A DNA stretch of 64,000 bases from Planctomycetota bacterium (lineage in GTDB: Bacteria; Planctomycetota; UBA1135), in the NCBI GenBank assembly GCA_045047305.1, contig JASFYO010000002.1, positions 107,541 to 171,540 on the forward strand. Direction: 5' to 3'. Under the pieces are notes generated by a model. It was not told the DNA's origin, searched no databases, and saw only the letters and a program-made list of their open reading frames with translations. Positions 8,388 to 19,241 of the stretch are shown one piece after another (position 1 is the stretch's first letter; the number at the start of each line of letters is the position of its first letter). A program made the position numbers and the translations under genes.

Positions 8388-10016
8388 TTAGGCCTTCTTG
8401 CGCTGAGAAGCCCGCTTAACAAGCTTTTCACCCCAGACCATCAAGCAAAAAAGAAGTCCGATGGCGGCCCAAATGGGCGCCATCAACCATCCGCCGCGGC
8501 AGTATGGAGTCAGTGCGGCGCCTACGGGGGCAACCGGAAGATCCACCGCCCACCATCCCTTCGTGTTGGGTTCAATCCCGTAAATCACTTCTCCATCTGA
8601 TCTTACGAGACATGTATAGCCAGTGTTGGTAGCTCGGAGCATCGCTAAGCCGACCTCGGCAGCACGCAAACGGGTGGCAGCAATCATTTGATGCATTTCT
8701 AGACCCTCTTCTCCGAACCAATCCTCATTCGAAAGGATGACGAATGCCTGGGCTCCGGCATTGGCTTGTCGACGGTATGGAGCTTCAAAAACATTTTCCC
8801 AACAAACCGTGCCTCCAATCTCGGGAAGATTCCCAATTCCGGCTAACGGGCCCGCATCCTGCGTAATGTTGAAGTCAGGACGGAGACCAAAGGTGTTGTG
8901 CGCCCAGCGACGAAATGCTTCTGTACCTGGGAGTAAGCCCCAAAACGGTATGGATTCACCAAATGGCACCAACTCTTGCTTGGAGAAATGATGCAGTAGA
9001 TCACCGCGGTCATTGAAAAGCACAAACTCCGTCCCCCTAGGGGAGTACTCTGATTCCAGATTCTCCTTGGTGACGGGATAATAGAAGTGGGCGCCGGTAA
9101 GGAAATACGGGGTGTTCGTAGCTGCCGCAAGAAGGCTTTTCACCTTTTCCTTTTGACGTAAGGCCACCAAATCCATACTCACGATTTCGTCTTCGCGACC
9201 AGGCCAAGGGCGGCGCAAAAAGCCGCCTATATCTTCCTCGCAGCCAGGATAAGGCCACATGGTTTCAGCCCAAATCACCAAATCTGCTTTCACCCCCATC
9301 GCAAAGGCTTCCCAAGTAACATCGCGTTGACGCTCGTAGAAGGTCTTTGCCGACATCAGCACTCCATTCTTATCCTCCACGGAAACGTTTGGCTGTACGG
9401 TTAAGCAACGCAGAGTTTCACTGGGCTGTTTCGCACTAGCGAGCCAAGGACTGCCACCTATCAACAAGACTCCCAGCACCAAGCTTGGACGTAAGTTGCG
9501 TGCAAAGATAAGCGACCAAAGTGAAACCCCAACACCAACCGCAAGCACTACCAAACCAGCCTCCCCGAAGACGCGCGCGTAGGGATAGAACGGAGAAGGT
9601 TCCAAAGCCAACCCCATCGAAGCCCATGGCACCCCACCGACTCCAAGATAAAACACCTTCATGCGCAGGAACTCTGCCGCTGGCAAAGCAAAAAAAGCCG
9701 CAAACGATGCTGGAAGCCTAGAACGTAATGCACGGTAGAGCAATCCTTCCACAAACCAACAGCTGGCCAGAATGAGCGCCGCTCCAAGCGGAGCCAAAAC
9801 GTGAACGTGGATTAGAAAAGAAAAGCTAAGCGTCCAATAAACCAAGCCGCCGACATAATCCACCCACAACCGAGGCTGCTTCTCCCAGGCCATGATGCGC
9901 AGCACCACAGAAACAAAAATGAGCGGCCACATCCAATCCCCAAACCAACCCGGCAACGCGAATGCGCGGGTGAGGGCAGCAAAAACACATAGCCAAAGCG
10001 CGGGCACTAGTGGCAC
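8388..10016 (-). CDS. lnt: Apolipoprotein N-acyltransferase
   Basis: N-terminal TMs and a nitrilase triad E (WAET), K (KQELVPFGE), C (VCWEN), plus SNEDWFG and RATNTG. Start re-set to a GTG at the moeA stop (10016 or 10007). Confidence 0.92.
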   Translation of the reverse strand: MPLVPALWLCVFAALTRAFALPGWFGDWMWPLIFVSVVLRIMAWEKQPRLWVDYVGGLVYWTLSFSFLIHVHVLAPLGAALILASCWFVEGLLYRALRSRLPASFAAFFALPAAEFLRMKVFYLGVGGVPWASMGLALEPSPFYPYARVFGEAGLVVLAVGVGVSLWSLIFARNLRPSLVLGVLLIGGSPWLASAKQPSETLRCLTVQPNVSVEDKNGVLMSAKTFYERQRDVTWEAFAMGVKADLVIWAETMWPYPGCEEDIGGFLRRPWPGREDEIVSMDLVALRQKEKVKSLLAAATNTPYFLTGAHFYYPVTKENLESEYSPRGTEFVLFNDRGDLLHHFSKQELVPFGESIPFWGLLPGTEAFRRWAHNTFGLRPDFNITQDAGPLAGIGNLPEIGGTVCWENVFEAPYRRQANAGAQAFVILSNEDWFGEEGLEMHQMIAATRLRAAEVGLAMLRATNTGYTCLVRSDGEVIYGIEPNTKGWWAVDLPVAPVGAALTPYCRGGWLMAPIWAAIGLLFCLMVWGEKLVKRASQRKKA

Positions 10017-11242
10017 TCCAATGGCAAGTAGTGGATGACGTCGCCGCTGGACAGGTTTTGCTGAGGCTCCATGAAAAGCAGGACCTCCGCACTGGCTAGG
10101 CTGGTCCAGTCGCCAGATCCAAATTCTTGGGTAGGCATTACAGTTAATGTGAGGTCGGAGGTGAACTTGCCGGGCAAGAAACGTGGGCGCGCGCGGCTGC
10201 GGACATCGCCCTGTAGGCGAGCAGTGCGCATGGTACGTGGATATTCCACGGAGCATCCAGCAAGACGGTCCATAAGTAGACGACCAAATAATTCCAGCAC
10301 CACAAAGGAGGACACCGGATTACCAGGCAAGCCCAACACAAAACGCCCCCCTCTCTCACCAGCCCATACCGGCTTACCAGGTTGCACATCAACCTTATGG
10401 AAGAGTTGCTCCACCTCTAAGGCGCCAAATACCTGTGGAAGATAATCCTTCTCCCCCATGCTGACACCACCAATGGTCACCACCAAATCAGCAATTCCCA
10501 GGGCTTGATCGACCGCTTGCAACAAGGCCTCTTTTTGATCTAAAACATGATGGTGGGCAACCACGTCGGCGCCGAAGGATTCCACTTGCACCTTAGCCAA
10601 CAAGCGGTTGGAATCGCGCACTTGATGCGCTTTCGGCATCGCTTCAAAAGGAACCACCTCATCGCCGGTAGCCAAGATCACCACCTTGGGCCTGGCGTAA
10701 ACCAGCAGCGGATCGACACCACACCCTGCAATCGCGCCTAAATCGGCAACCCGGAGCCTCTGCCCAGGATTCAGGATGACGCGCCCCTTCACGCCTATCT
10801 CCCCCGCCTTACGCACATGCTGCCCAGGGGTGGGGACGGCCTCAATCGATAGAATTTCCCCCTCCCGGGTGGTGCGTTCCACTGGAATCACAGCGTCGGC
10901 ACCATCAGGAACTGTCCCGCCGGTCATCACCGCAACCGCTTGCCCATGCTGCAGGCAAGTTTGACCTTCCGTTCCAGCAAAGTAGGTGCCTACAATGCGA
11001 CGCGCGGCAAGGCCATCGGCACTGATGAGAGCAAAACCGTCCATTGCCGAACGTCTTACCGGTGGTTCATCGCGGTCCAAAGCAATCTCTTGAGCCAACA
11101 CGCGACCGACCGCCTGCTGCAAGGGGACATGTTCCGTGGATGGGATTCTCTGAAAACGACCCTCCAACACTTGGAGAGCTTCCGCGTATGGAAGCAAGTC
11201 CCCCCCCCCACTTGATTGCGATGTTTGCGATTGAGTGCCCAT
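10007..11242 (-). CDS. moeA: Molybdopterin molybdenumtransferase MoeA
   Basis: GRVLAQ, SAMDGFA, VMTGG-VPDGADAVIPVE, TGDEV, DSN, GGVSMGEKD, PGKP, LPGNPVS. Start re-set to the ATG at 11242. Confidence 0.95.
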   Translation of the reverse strand: MGTQSQTSQSSGGGDLLPYAEALQVLEGRFQRIPSTEHVPLQQAVGRVLAQEIALDRDEPPVRRSAMDGFALISADGLAARRIVGTYFAGTEGQTCLQHGQAVAVMTGGTVPDGADAVIPVERTTREGEILSIEAVPTPGQHVRKAGEIGVKGRVILNPGQRLRVADLGAIAGCGVDPLLVYARPKVVILATGDEVVPFEAMPKAHQVRDSNRLLAKVQVESFGADVVAHHHVLDQKEALLQAVDQALGIADLVVTIGGVSMGEKDYLPQVFGALEVEQLFHKVDVQPGKPVWAGERGGRFVLGLPGNPVSSFVVLELFGRLLMDRLAGCSVEYPRTMRTARLQGDVRSRARPRFLPGKFTSDLTLTVMPTQEFGSGDWTSLASAEVLLFMEPQQNLSSGDVIHYLPLECH

Positions 11243-11303
11243 GATGCCGTCAGCTTGACCTACGAAGGCCTCATAATAGGGTCCCCCGTGTTCCTCATCC
11301 GCC

Positions 11304-12437
11304 ATGACCTCCCTTAAGCCCACCCTGCTCTCCCTTTCTCTGCTAGTGGCGTTCAGTTGCTCCCGCCTAGCCGAGAAGGATGACACCTCCTCTGAGGTTT
11401 CCGCCCCTGAAGTCGAAGCAGAGGTTGTGAAAAAGGAGCCTGTGTTGGTGCGTGCCTCGCACCTAAGCATGGGCGACGTGGAGAAAACCCTCGAATCCAG
11501 CGCCAACGTCATGTCGATGGATGTGGTGGACTTGATGCCAGAACGCGCCGAGCCGGTGGTCGAAATTTTGGTAGAGGAAGGCGACTTGGTGGTTGCAGGA
11601 CAGGTGCTGGCACGCTTGCGCGACGCCAATGCCAAGCTCGCCGTTGCCGAAGCCGATGTGCGGGTGGTTGAAACGCGGCAAGCCATGGAGCAAGCTGAGC
11701 GTGAGTTCGACCGCGATAAAAAGCTGATGGAGACTGGCGGTCCAACCGGAGTTTTGTCCGACCGGGTTTTCGAAACCAGCCGTCAAACTTGGGACGCAAG
11801 CAAAACCGCCCACCAAACCGCAACGGTAGCCAAGGAGCGGGCTCTTTTGGAGTTGGCGCAATGTAACCTCATTTCCCCAATCAGCGGCACCGTCAGTGTG
11901 CGCGACATTTCGGTCGGTGACATGGCCACCGTTGGCGCGCGCGCTTTTGAAATCACCGATCAGAGCAAACCCAAGATGGTGCTTTTCCGCCCGCAGCGGG
12001 AGCTCATGGATCTTCGTGTTGGTCAACGCCTGACCGCCTTTTCGGATGCCTTCCCGGGCATCATCGTGGATGGCTACATTGAACGCATTGCGCCGACTGT
12101 GGACCTCGCTACCGGAACTGTAAAAGTGACCGCGGCATTAGAGCCGAAGGAACAATTAATTCCAGTCGGGATTTTGGCCAAGCTGGTACTGGTTATGGAG
12201 CGACATGAAAATGTTTTGCTCATCCCAAAGAAGGCTCTCGTCCACGAAGGCAGTCAAGTATTTTGCTATGCGGTCCGTGACAACCTAGCGGTCCGGGTCG
12301 AAGTCTTTGAGGGGTATGAAAACGAAGACATGGTGGAAGTTGCAGAAGGCACCGACTTAACCATCGATGATTTAGTCGTGGTGGTTGGAGCGGATCGCAT
12401 TGGTGATGGCGATCCTGTGGAGCTCGCAGACGAATGA
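11304..12437 (+). CDS. RND efflux periplasmic adaptor (membrane fusion protein), probable lipoprotein
   Basis: Lipobox-like VAFSC, VEEGDLVVAGQVLARL, coiled hairpin, ISPISGTV, IAPTVDLATGTVKV. Confidence 0.9.
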   Translation: MTSLKPTLLSLSLLVAFSCSRLAEKDDTSSEVSAPEVEAEVVKKEPVLVRASHLSMGDVEKTLESSANVMSMDVVDLMPERAEPVVEILVEEGDLVVAGQVLARLRDANAKLAVAEADVRVVETRQAMEQAEREFDRDKKLMETGGPTGVLSDRVFETSRQTWDASKTAHQTATVAKERALLELAQCNLISPISGTVSVRDISVGDMATVGARAFEITDQSKPKMVLFRPQRELMDLRVGQRLTAFSDAFPGIIVDGYIERIAPTVDLATGTVKVTAALEPKEQLIPVGILAKLVLVMERHENVLLIPKKALVHEGSQVFCYAVRDNLAVRVEVFEGYENEDMVEVAEGTDLTIDDLVVVVGADRIGDGDPVELADE

Positions 12438-15400
12438 ACAAGCAGGAATCACAAAGCGGCGGTTTTGGGGGCTTGTTCGCTCTAGGTGTACGCCGGCCGG
12501 TGGGCATGGGCATGATTGTCGCCGCGGCGGTGGTCTTCGGCATCATCTCGCTTGGCAAACTACCGGTGGACTTGTTGCCACCTATCAATTATCCCTCGCT
12601 TACTGTGCGCACCACCTACTCCGGAGCTGCTCCGGAAGATGTAGAGGAGCGCGTGACCGAACGCCTGGAAGATGTGCTTTCCACCGTTGGACATTTGGTG
12701 CATATCAGTTCCAGTTCGCGGGCAGAGGTTTCAGAAATCCTGATGGAGTTCGAATGGGGTGCGAATCTTCCATTCCTAGTGCAAGATGTGCGTGAACGCC
12801 TAGACCGGGTGTTTTTGCCCAACGGCGTGGAGAAACCGCTCATCCTGCGTTACGACCCGAGCTTGGATCCCGTACTACGCATTGCACTCTCCGGGGGCAC
12901 CGATTTAGTGCGTTTGCGCGGCATCGCCGAATCCGAGGTCGAGCGTCAGTTGGAAGGGCTGCCTGGAGTGGCAGCGGTGCGGGTGAAAGGCGGGCTTGAA
13001 GACGAAGTCCACGTTCTATTTGACCCTCAAAAACTTGCGCGGTTCGGACTCTCCGGCGAAGACATTCGGCAACGTTTAATCGACGAAAATCTCAACGTTC
13101 CTGGGGGCAAGCTGGAAGAGGGCTCGGTGGAATACGTTGTGCGCACACTCAACCAATTCCGTACTCTCGATGAGATTCGGGATTTGCCGATCCTGACCGT
13201 AGAGCAGACCACCGTAAAGCTGCGTGACATCGCGACGATTTCACGTGGGAGCAAAGACCGCGACGTCGTGCAACGAGTCGCGGGCGCAGAGGCGGTGGAG
13301 ATTGCGGTTTATCGCGAAGCTGGCGCTAATATTGTTTCGGTAGCACAGGAGGTACGTGCAAAGCTATTCGGCAAGGTAGTCGACACCAGTCGTCCGCCAC
13401 CCAAGGACGATTTTGAAAGCGATTCTGCCGATGACCTTGCTCCTGAGAGGCCGGATTACATCGCTGCAAAACTACCCTCCGATGTCAAGCTCACCCTGCT
13501 TTCCGACCAATCCACTTTCGTCGCTGACGCGATCTCGGAAGTCAACCGCGCCGCCATGTTTGGTGGCATTTTCGCGGTCCTAGTTTGTTACTTCTTCCTT
13601 AGAAGATTCGGTACCACTTTCATCATCGGCCTCGCCGTACCGATTTCAATCGTTGCCACCTTCGGCGCTATGTACAGCTCTGGTGTTTCGATGAACATCA
13701 TGTCTTTGGGTGGTCTCGCCCTTGGTATTGGCATGTTGGTGGACAACGCGATTGTGGTGCTCGAATCCATCACCCGGTGCCGAGAAGAGGGTGACTCCCC
13801 GAGCGATGCAGCCATTCGCGGCGTCGCCGAAGTAGGCAGCGCAGTCACAGCGTCTACCCTGACCACGATTGCGGTCTTTGCTCCCATCATCTTCGTTGAG
13901 GGCATTGCAGGGCAAACCTTTGGCGATCAAGCTTTGACCGTAGTCGCGTCTTTGCTCATTTCCCTAGCCGTCGCCTTGTTCTTTATTCCGGGGCTAGCAG
14001 CGCGGATCCAGCTTACGGATCAAGACAAACAAGAAGGTGGCGTGGGCGGCATAATCGGGCGCATGAGCGCGCAACTTTTGCCGCACATTCGTTCTGGCAA
14101 GCTGTTTCAGGGACTACTTCAAACCAAACGTGTCCGCTTCTTGGTGGGCAGTGCTGTTTGTGGCGTGGCCGCTGCAGTCTTGGTGTTGGTCGTTCTCCCT
14201 CCAATGGATGACGAGTGGGTCAAGCAAGGCATGAAGCTCAAAGGCGATTGGAATCCCGTGCCGAAAGATGTGCGGCAAAGCATGGCGCTCTTAAAGTTCA
14301 TCGGGATATTGCTATTCCTGCCATTCCTTTGGATTTGGGGACAACCTGCAATCGCATTTCTTTCGCGCTTACTGTTCGACGTTCTCGGGCTAGGACTTTT
14401 TGTGGTCAAGGCTTTGTTAGGCGCAGTTCTGTTTGCAGTCAAGATTGCACTTTGGCCTCCCTCGTTCTTGTTGAACTTAATTTTCACCCTGTCAGAAAAG
14501 ACTTACCCTCTAGTCTTACGTGGGGCCTTGCGTGCACCTGCGATTGTGCTGTTTATCGCCATGGGCTTGGCCGCCCTCAGCTTCCGGGGCGCCAGCGACA
14601 TGGGTCGCGAACTCTTACCCGAAGTCATGCAAGGTGAATTCACCGCAGAGCTGTATTTCCCGGCAGGCACACCGCTGTTGGAAACCGATCTTCTCGCGCG
14701 CAAAATGGAGCAGAAAATCCGCAACTTGGATGGTGTTCTGGAAACCGCGATTACTTCCGGCGCCGACCGCGAGACGGTTTCTACGGAAGAAACCGGGCCA
14801 CACACGGCTCGCATTTCCATCCGCTTAGACCCCAAGGTAGCGGACCCTCACGCACTAGAGCGTAGCGCGGAAGCGCAAATCCGTGGGCTGATGGAAAGAG
14901 AACCAGCCTTGGCGCGCTTCTCCTTACGCCGGCCGACACTCTTGGCCCTGAATGCGCCGTTAGAGATCGAAATCATTGGCGACAATCTCGACACTCTTGC
15001 CGAAGTCTCTAAACGCACACAAGCAGCATTGCAGGACATTCCTGGCTTGGTCGACATTCGTTCTTCCTTGCGTCGCGGCAACCCGGAAATCCGAATCACA
15101 CCAGACCGTGTCATGCTGGCACGCCATGGCTTAACAGCTGCGCAGATTTCCAGCCGCTTACGCCTCGCAGTCGAAGGCGAAACCGCATCGACCTTCCCGG
15201 GCAGGGACGAACGCATCGACATTCGTGTCCGCGCCGACATGGATGGCATGAAGCGCGTTGAACAGCTCATGGATTTGCCGATTAACCCAGATGCGGAACA
15301 TCCGTTGCCACTGAGTGCCGTCGCGCACTTTGAGCTGCAAGATGGGCCAAGCGATATCCGCCATATCCGTGGGCGTCGGGCTGCCGTGCTTTCCGCTTCG

Positions 15401-16063
15401 CTTGCAGGATTCGACTTGGGGGATACCAGCGCTGTGGTTGCGGAACGCCTCAGCCACATCCCCCTCCCACCTGATGTAGTGATTAACCTTGGCGGCCAAA
15501 CCGATGAAATGGCCGACGCACTCAATTCCTTGATGTTCGCACTAGGATTGGCGATTTTCTTGGTTTATGCGGTAATGGCAGCACAGTTTGAATCCCTACT
15601 GCAACCATTCCTCATTCTGTTCTCAGTCCCTCTCGCTGGCGTTGGTGCTATCACCGTGATGCGCTTTACCGATACCCCGATTTCTGTGGTCGCGCTACTC
15701 GGTGCGGTCATCCTTGCAGGCATTGTGGTCAACAACGCTATTGTGCTTGTCGATCGAATTAACCGCAACCGCCTGAGAGGCATGAGCGTGAATGAAGCCA
15801 TCATTGAAGGCGGCCAAGCACGCTTGCGGCCCATCTTGATGACCACCACCACCACCGTTCTCGGCATGCTACCCATGACTGGTTGGATTTCATTCCTTGG
15901 CGGTCAACAAGGCGCCGAGCTACGCACTCCGATGGCATTGGTGGTCATTGCTGGACTAATTAGTTCCACCGTGCTCACACTACTTGTGATTCCCACTGGT
16001 TATCGCCTGCTGACAGCACTGGAAAGAGGCGACCGCTACTCCAAGGAGAAGGCAACTGTCTGA
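12434..16063 (+). CDS. AcrB/AcrD/AcrF-family RND permease 1
   Basis: RRPV..LPVDLLP, GAAPEDVE, GMLVDNAIVVLE, QFES, GIVVNNAIVLVD, RLRPILMT. Confidence 0.93.
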   Translation: MNKQESQSGGFGGLFALGVRRPVGMGMIVAAAVVFGIISLGKLPVDLLPPINYPSLTVRTTYSGAAPEDVEERVTERLEDVLSTVGHLVHISSSSRAEVSEILMEFEWGANLPFLVQDVRERLDRVFLPNGVEKPLILRYDPSLDPVLRIALSGGTDLVRLRGIAESEVERQLEGLPGVAAVRVKGGLEDEVHVLFDPQKLARFGLSGEDIRQRLIDENLNVPGGKLEEGSVEYVVRTLNQFRTLDEIRDLPILTVEQTTVKLRDIATISRGSKDRDVVQRVAGAEAVEIAVYREAGANIVSVAQEVRAKLFGKVVDTSRPPPKDDFESDSADDLAPERPDYIAAKLPSDVKLTLLSDQSTFVADAISEVNRAAMFGGIFAVLVCYFFLRRFGTTFIIGLAVPISIVATFGAMYSSGVSMNIMSLGGLALGIGMLVDNAIVVLESITRCREEGDSPSDAAIRGVAEVGSAVTASTLTTIAVFAPIIFVEGIAGQTFGDQALTVVASLLISLAVALFFIPGLAARIQLTDQDKQEGGVGGIIGRMSAQLLPHIRSGKLFQGLLQTKRVRFLVGSAVCGVAAAVLVLVVLPPMDDEWVKQGMKLKGDWNPVPKDVRQSMALLKFIGILLFLPFLWIWGQPAIAFLSRLLFDVLGLGLFVVKALLGAVLFAVKIALWPPSFLLNLIFTLSEKTYPLVLRGALRAPAIVLFIAMGLAALSFRGASDMGRELLPEVMQGEFTAELYFPAGTPLLETDLLARKMEQKIRNLDGVLETAITSGADRETVSTEETGPHTARISIRLDPKVADPHALERSAEAQIRGLMEREPALARFSLRRPTLLALNAPLEIEIIGDNLDTLAEVSKRTQAALQDIPGLVDIRSSLRRGNPEIRITPDRVMLARHGLTAAQISSRLRLAVEGETASTFPGRDERIDIRVRADMDGMKRVEQLMDLPINPDAEHPLPLSAVAHFELQDGPSDIRHIRGRRAAVLSASLAGFDLGDTSAVVAERLSHIPLPPDVVINLGGQTDEMADALNSLMFALGLAIFLVYAVMAAQFESLLQPFLILFSVPLAGVGAITVMRFTDTPISVVALLGAVILAGIVVNNAIVLVDRINRNRLRGMSVNEAIIEGGQARLRPILMTTTTTVLGMLPMTGWISFLGGQQGAELRTPMALVVIAGLISSTVLTLLVIPTGYRLLTALERGDRYSKEKATV

Positions 16064-16082
16064 ACCTCGAGATCCAGCCTTA

Positions 16083-19000
16083 GTGCGCTTCTTCCGCGCC
16101 TTGATCCAGCACCCGATTGGGGTGCTGATGATCTCCATTGCTCTTTTGGGCATGAGTTTCATCGCGGCCAAGCGCATTCCACTGGAGTTGATTCCTTCTG
16201 GATTAACTGGTTCGCAGATTTCGATTAATGCTGCATGGGAAGGCGCCAACCCGATTGAACTCGAGCAGAAGGTGCTGAAACCACTCGAGAAGGAATTGCG
16301 TTCGATTTCTAATCTAGAGGAAATCGTATCTTGGGCCTCCGATGGCAACGTTGGTTTCCAACTTGAATTCCCTGGCGACCTCGACATGGACCTGGTTTAC
16401 AGCGAAGTCGCAGACCGGGTAGAACGTGCGCGACCGGCTTTACCCAAGGAAGTCGATCGCATTCTGATTCGCAAAAACGGTATGGATCAGATTCCGGTCA
16501 TGATGGCAGGAATCCAATACAACGGATTAGATGACGATGTTGCCCAAGACCTAATTGCCAACGTATTAGTTCCCCGCATTGAGGCCATCGACGGCGTAGC
16601 GAGCGCCAATTCCTGGGGGCTAACCCCACTTTCCGTGCGCATTTGGCTCGACGAGCAGAAGGTCTTTGCCAATCGCGTAGATATCGGATCCTTGGTAGCA
16701 CGTCTACAAGGCGATAATATTTCCTCCCCAGTCGGCGATCTCGATGACGGGGGCTCCCGCGCCATCATCCGCGTTGACTCACGCTTCACAACTCTGGAGG
16801 AGATTGAAAACTTCCCAGTACGTGATGGCCTGCTAATCAAGGATATAGGCCGCGTAGTCAAAGCACGAAGTGCGCCCGAATTTCTATTCAAGTTTGATGG
16901 CGAATACAGCACTACCATCCAAATCACTAAAGAGAGTTCGGCAAACACCTTCGAATTATGTGAAGCGCTAAATAAAGAATTTATGCAGCTGCTGCCAAAC
17001 GATCCGGTCCTCGGGCGTTTCACTTATCTCATCTACTTTGACCAAGGTGAGATGATTGGGCAAAGCATCATGGGCTTGGTCGACGACTCCCTTTTGGGTG
17101 GGGCCATCGCCTGCATCGTGCTGCTCTTATTCCTGCGAAGGCTTTCTTACACCTTATTAATCACGCTTTCGATTCCCTTCGCGGTGTTGATTGCATTGAG
17201 CTACCTCTACTTCAGTGGCAAAAGTCTGAACCTCATGTCGATGATGGGAATTACAATTTCCATCGGCATGCTAGTCGATAATTCGGTGGTGATTGTCGAG
17301 AGTATCTTTAAGCGCCGTGAAAATGGTGCAAGCACCTTGGACTCCATCACCCGAGGCCCAGCAGAAGTCATGTTAGCAATCGTCACGGCAACCTTGACCA
17401 CGGTTGTTGTGTTCTTGCCTCTTATGTTCTTGACTAGCGATCGCTCTCAACGCGTAATTGCTGGCGCCATTGGCATGCCTTTGATTGTCGCGCTGCTCTC
17501 AGCATTGGTTCTCTCTATCGTGATGGTGCCTGTGGCTGCGCGTTACCTTCAACACCACGGCAAGCGTGGCAAGAAGGAAGCCAAGTCCGCCGGACAAATG
17601 CCGAAATGGATGACCAAGCCTTTACTTGGCACTTTGGCATTGGCTTTACGTTTCCGTTTTGCAGCAAGTGCAGTCTGCATCGCCATCCTCATGTCAGGCG
17701 CGATCCCCACCGCCAGCCAAAGTGCAACGGGTGGCAATGAAGGTGACGACGGTCAAATTCAAATCGGATTCAACTTCACGGAAGATACTTCCCTAAACGA
17801 CGCTCATGACGAAGTAAAACTGATGGAAGCAGTGCTGCTCACCAGCGACTTCAAGGAGGCCTTCCCTGATGTCGGCACCGGAATTTTGTTCGATGATGAC
17901 AGTGGCCAAATTATGGTGTGGCCAAACAAACCGCTTAAGGTGCGCCAAAAAGAAGCCTTGCTGGCCTACCTCCGAGAAAGCTTGCCACAACGCTCCCGCG
18001 TAAAATACCGTTTTGAAAAGGAGTTCAGCCAAGGCAATTCCAAGGACCAGGAATGGACTCGCATTCGGATTGAAGGCCCGGAGAGCGGAGGGGTCGCTGC
18101 AATCCTAACCCAGGTGCGAGAAGCCGCGCTGCTCAGCCCTGACTTCACGGAAGTAAGTAAAGACCGCGGCAAGGTTCGTGAGATTCTGGTTAGCTTGGAC
18201 CGTAACCGTATGAGCCAGCTCGGCGTGGATAGCCGTTCGGTGATTGGTAACATTGAATGGACGATGCGTGGTTTTATGGTTTCGCGTTTTGAGACTCCAA
18301 ATCAAGATTTGCCGCTCATCATCGAGTACGACACACCCACCAACCCCGATCGTTCAAGCCTCGAGGAAATGGTGGTGGCTGCGCAGGGAACCATGGTGCC
18401 GCTGTCAACCTTCGCCAACTTCACCAACTCGCGTTCCAATAGCGGAATTTTTCGCCGCAATGGAAAGTTATCCGATTCGATTGGCTTGAAGGCCAAAGAT
18501 GAAGACATCAAGGCTGCTTATGCCGCCGCCACGCGCCTAATGGACACGATTGAAATGCCGGAGGGTTATCGCTGGACCCAGGATGGAGGCTGGTCGAAAA
18601 CACAACAAGATATGGGTGAACTGGGTAACGCCATGACACTTGCGATCGGTTTAGTGTTCTTACTGATGGGACTTCTTTTTAACTCGATAGTCCTTCCTAT
18701 TTCAGCACTCACCACGATTGCATTTGCCATTCTAGGTGCCAACTGGGCCTTCTATATCATGGATCAACCTGTCGGCCCGATGGAGTACATCGGCATGATT
18801 GTCTTGGCTGGCGTAGTCGTCAACAACGGCATTGTGCTTATCGATGCCATTCTGCAGTTCGAGCGTACCGGCCTCAACACCCACGATGCCATCCTCGCTG
18901 CGGTAAAGGATCGAATGCGGCCGGTGTTCATGACTGCTCTCACTACGGTCTGTGGCCTACTCCCGATTGCGCTGTCTGAGCCTTCCGGGAATGGCATGAA

Positions 19001-19172
19001 CTTCCAAGGCCTCGCCATCGGTATTGTCGGCGGCATCACTGTGGCGACCTTCTTCACCCTGACCGTGGTCCCCCTCTCCTTCTCGCTTTTGCGTGATTTG
19101 GGCTGCTTGTTCTCAAACGCTTTCCTTGGTAAACCATTACCTTGGGCGCAGGTTGAGAAAGATGTGCTATAG
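16083..19172 (+). CDS. AcrB/AcrD/AcrF-family RND permease 2
   Basis: IPLELIP, GANPIELEQKV, GMLVDNSVVIVE, GVVVNNGIVLID, RMRPVFMT. Confidence 0.92.
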   Translation: MRFFRALIQHPIGVLMISIALLGMSFIAAKRIPLELIPSGLTGSQISINAAWEGANPIELEQKVLKPLEKELRSISNLEEIVSWASDGNVGFQLEFPGDLDMDLVYSEVADRVERARPALPKEVDRILIRKNGMDQIPVMMAGIQYNGLDDDVAQDLIANVLVPRIEAIDGVASANSWGLTPLSVRIWLDEQKVFANRVDIGSLVARLQGDNISSPVGDLDDGGSRAIIRVDSRFTTLEEIENFPVRDGLLIKDIGRVVKARSAPEFLFKFDGEYSTTIQITKESSANTFELCEALNKEFMQLLPNDPVLGRFTYLIYFDQGEMIGQSIMGLVDDSLLGGAIACIVLLLFLRRLSYTLLITLSIPFAVLIALSYLYFSGKSLNLMSMMGITISIGMLVDNSVVIVESIFKRRENGASTLDSITRGPAEVMLAIVTATLTTVVVFLPLMFLTSDRSQRVIAGAIGMPLIVALLSALVLSIVMVPVAARYLQHHGKRGKKEAKSAGQMPKWMTKPLLGTLALALRFRFAASAVCIAILMSGAIPTASQSATGGNEGDDGQIQIGFNFTEDTSLNDAHDEVKLMEAVLLTSDFKEAFPDVGTGILFDDDSGQIMVWPNKPLKVRQKEALLAYLRESLPQRSRVKYRFEKEFSQGNSKDQEWTRIRIEGPESGGVAAILTQVREAALLSPDFTEVSKDRGKVREILVSLDRNRMSQLGVDSRSVIGNIEWTMRGFMVSRFETPNQDLPLIIEYDTPTNPDRSSLEEMVVAAQGTMVPLSTFANFTNSRSNSGIFRRNGKLSDSIGLKAKDEDIKAAYAAATRLMDTIEMPEGYRWTQDGGWSKTQQDMGELGNAMTLAIGLVFLLMGLLFNSIVLPISALTTIAFAILGANWAFYIMDQPVGPMEYIGMIVLAGVVVNNGIVLIDAILQFERTGLNTHDAILAAVKDRMRPVFMTALTTVCGLLPIALSEPSGNGMNFQGLAIGIVGGITVATFFTLTVVPLSFSLLRDLGCLFSNAFLGKPLPWAQVEKDVL

Positions 19173-19241
19173 GAATCAGGAAACCTAAAAGCTCCACAGA
19201 CGTAACCGCTTTGATGCCGTACAATGTATGGCAACCCAGTC

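Noticed and set aside
10017..10256. N-terminal extension of Lnt
   Set aside because: It overlaps the moeA 3' end in another frame, and in-frame GTG starts exist at the moeA stop.
11243..11686. 148-aa N-terminal extension of MoeA in the ORF track
   Set aside because: It is mostly the antisense shadow of the RND adaptor gene. MoeA similarity begins after the ATG at 11242.
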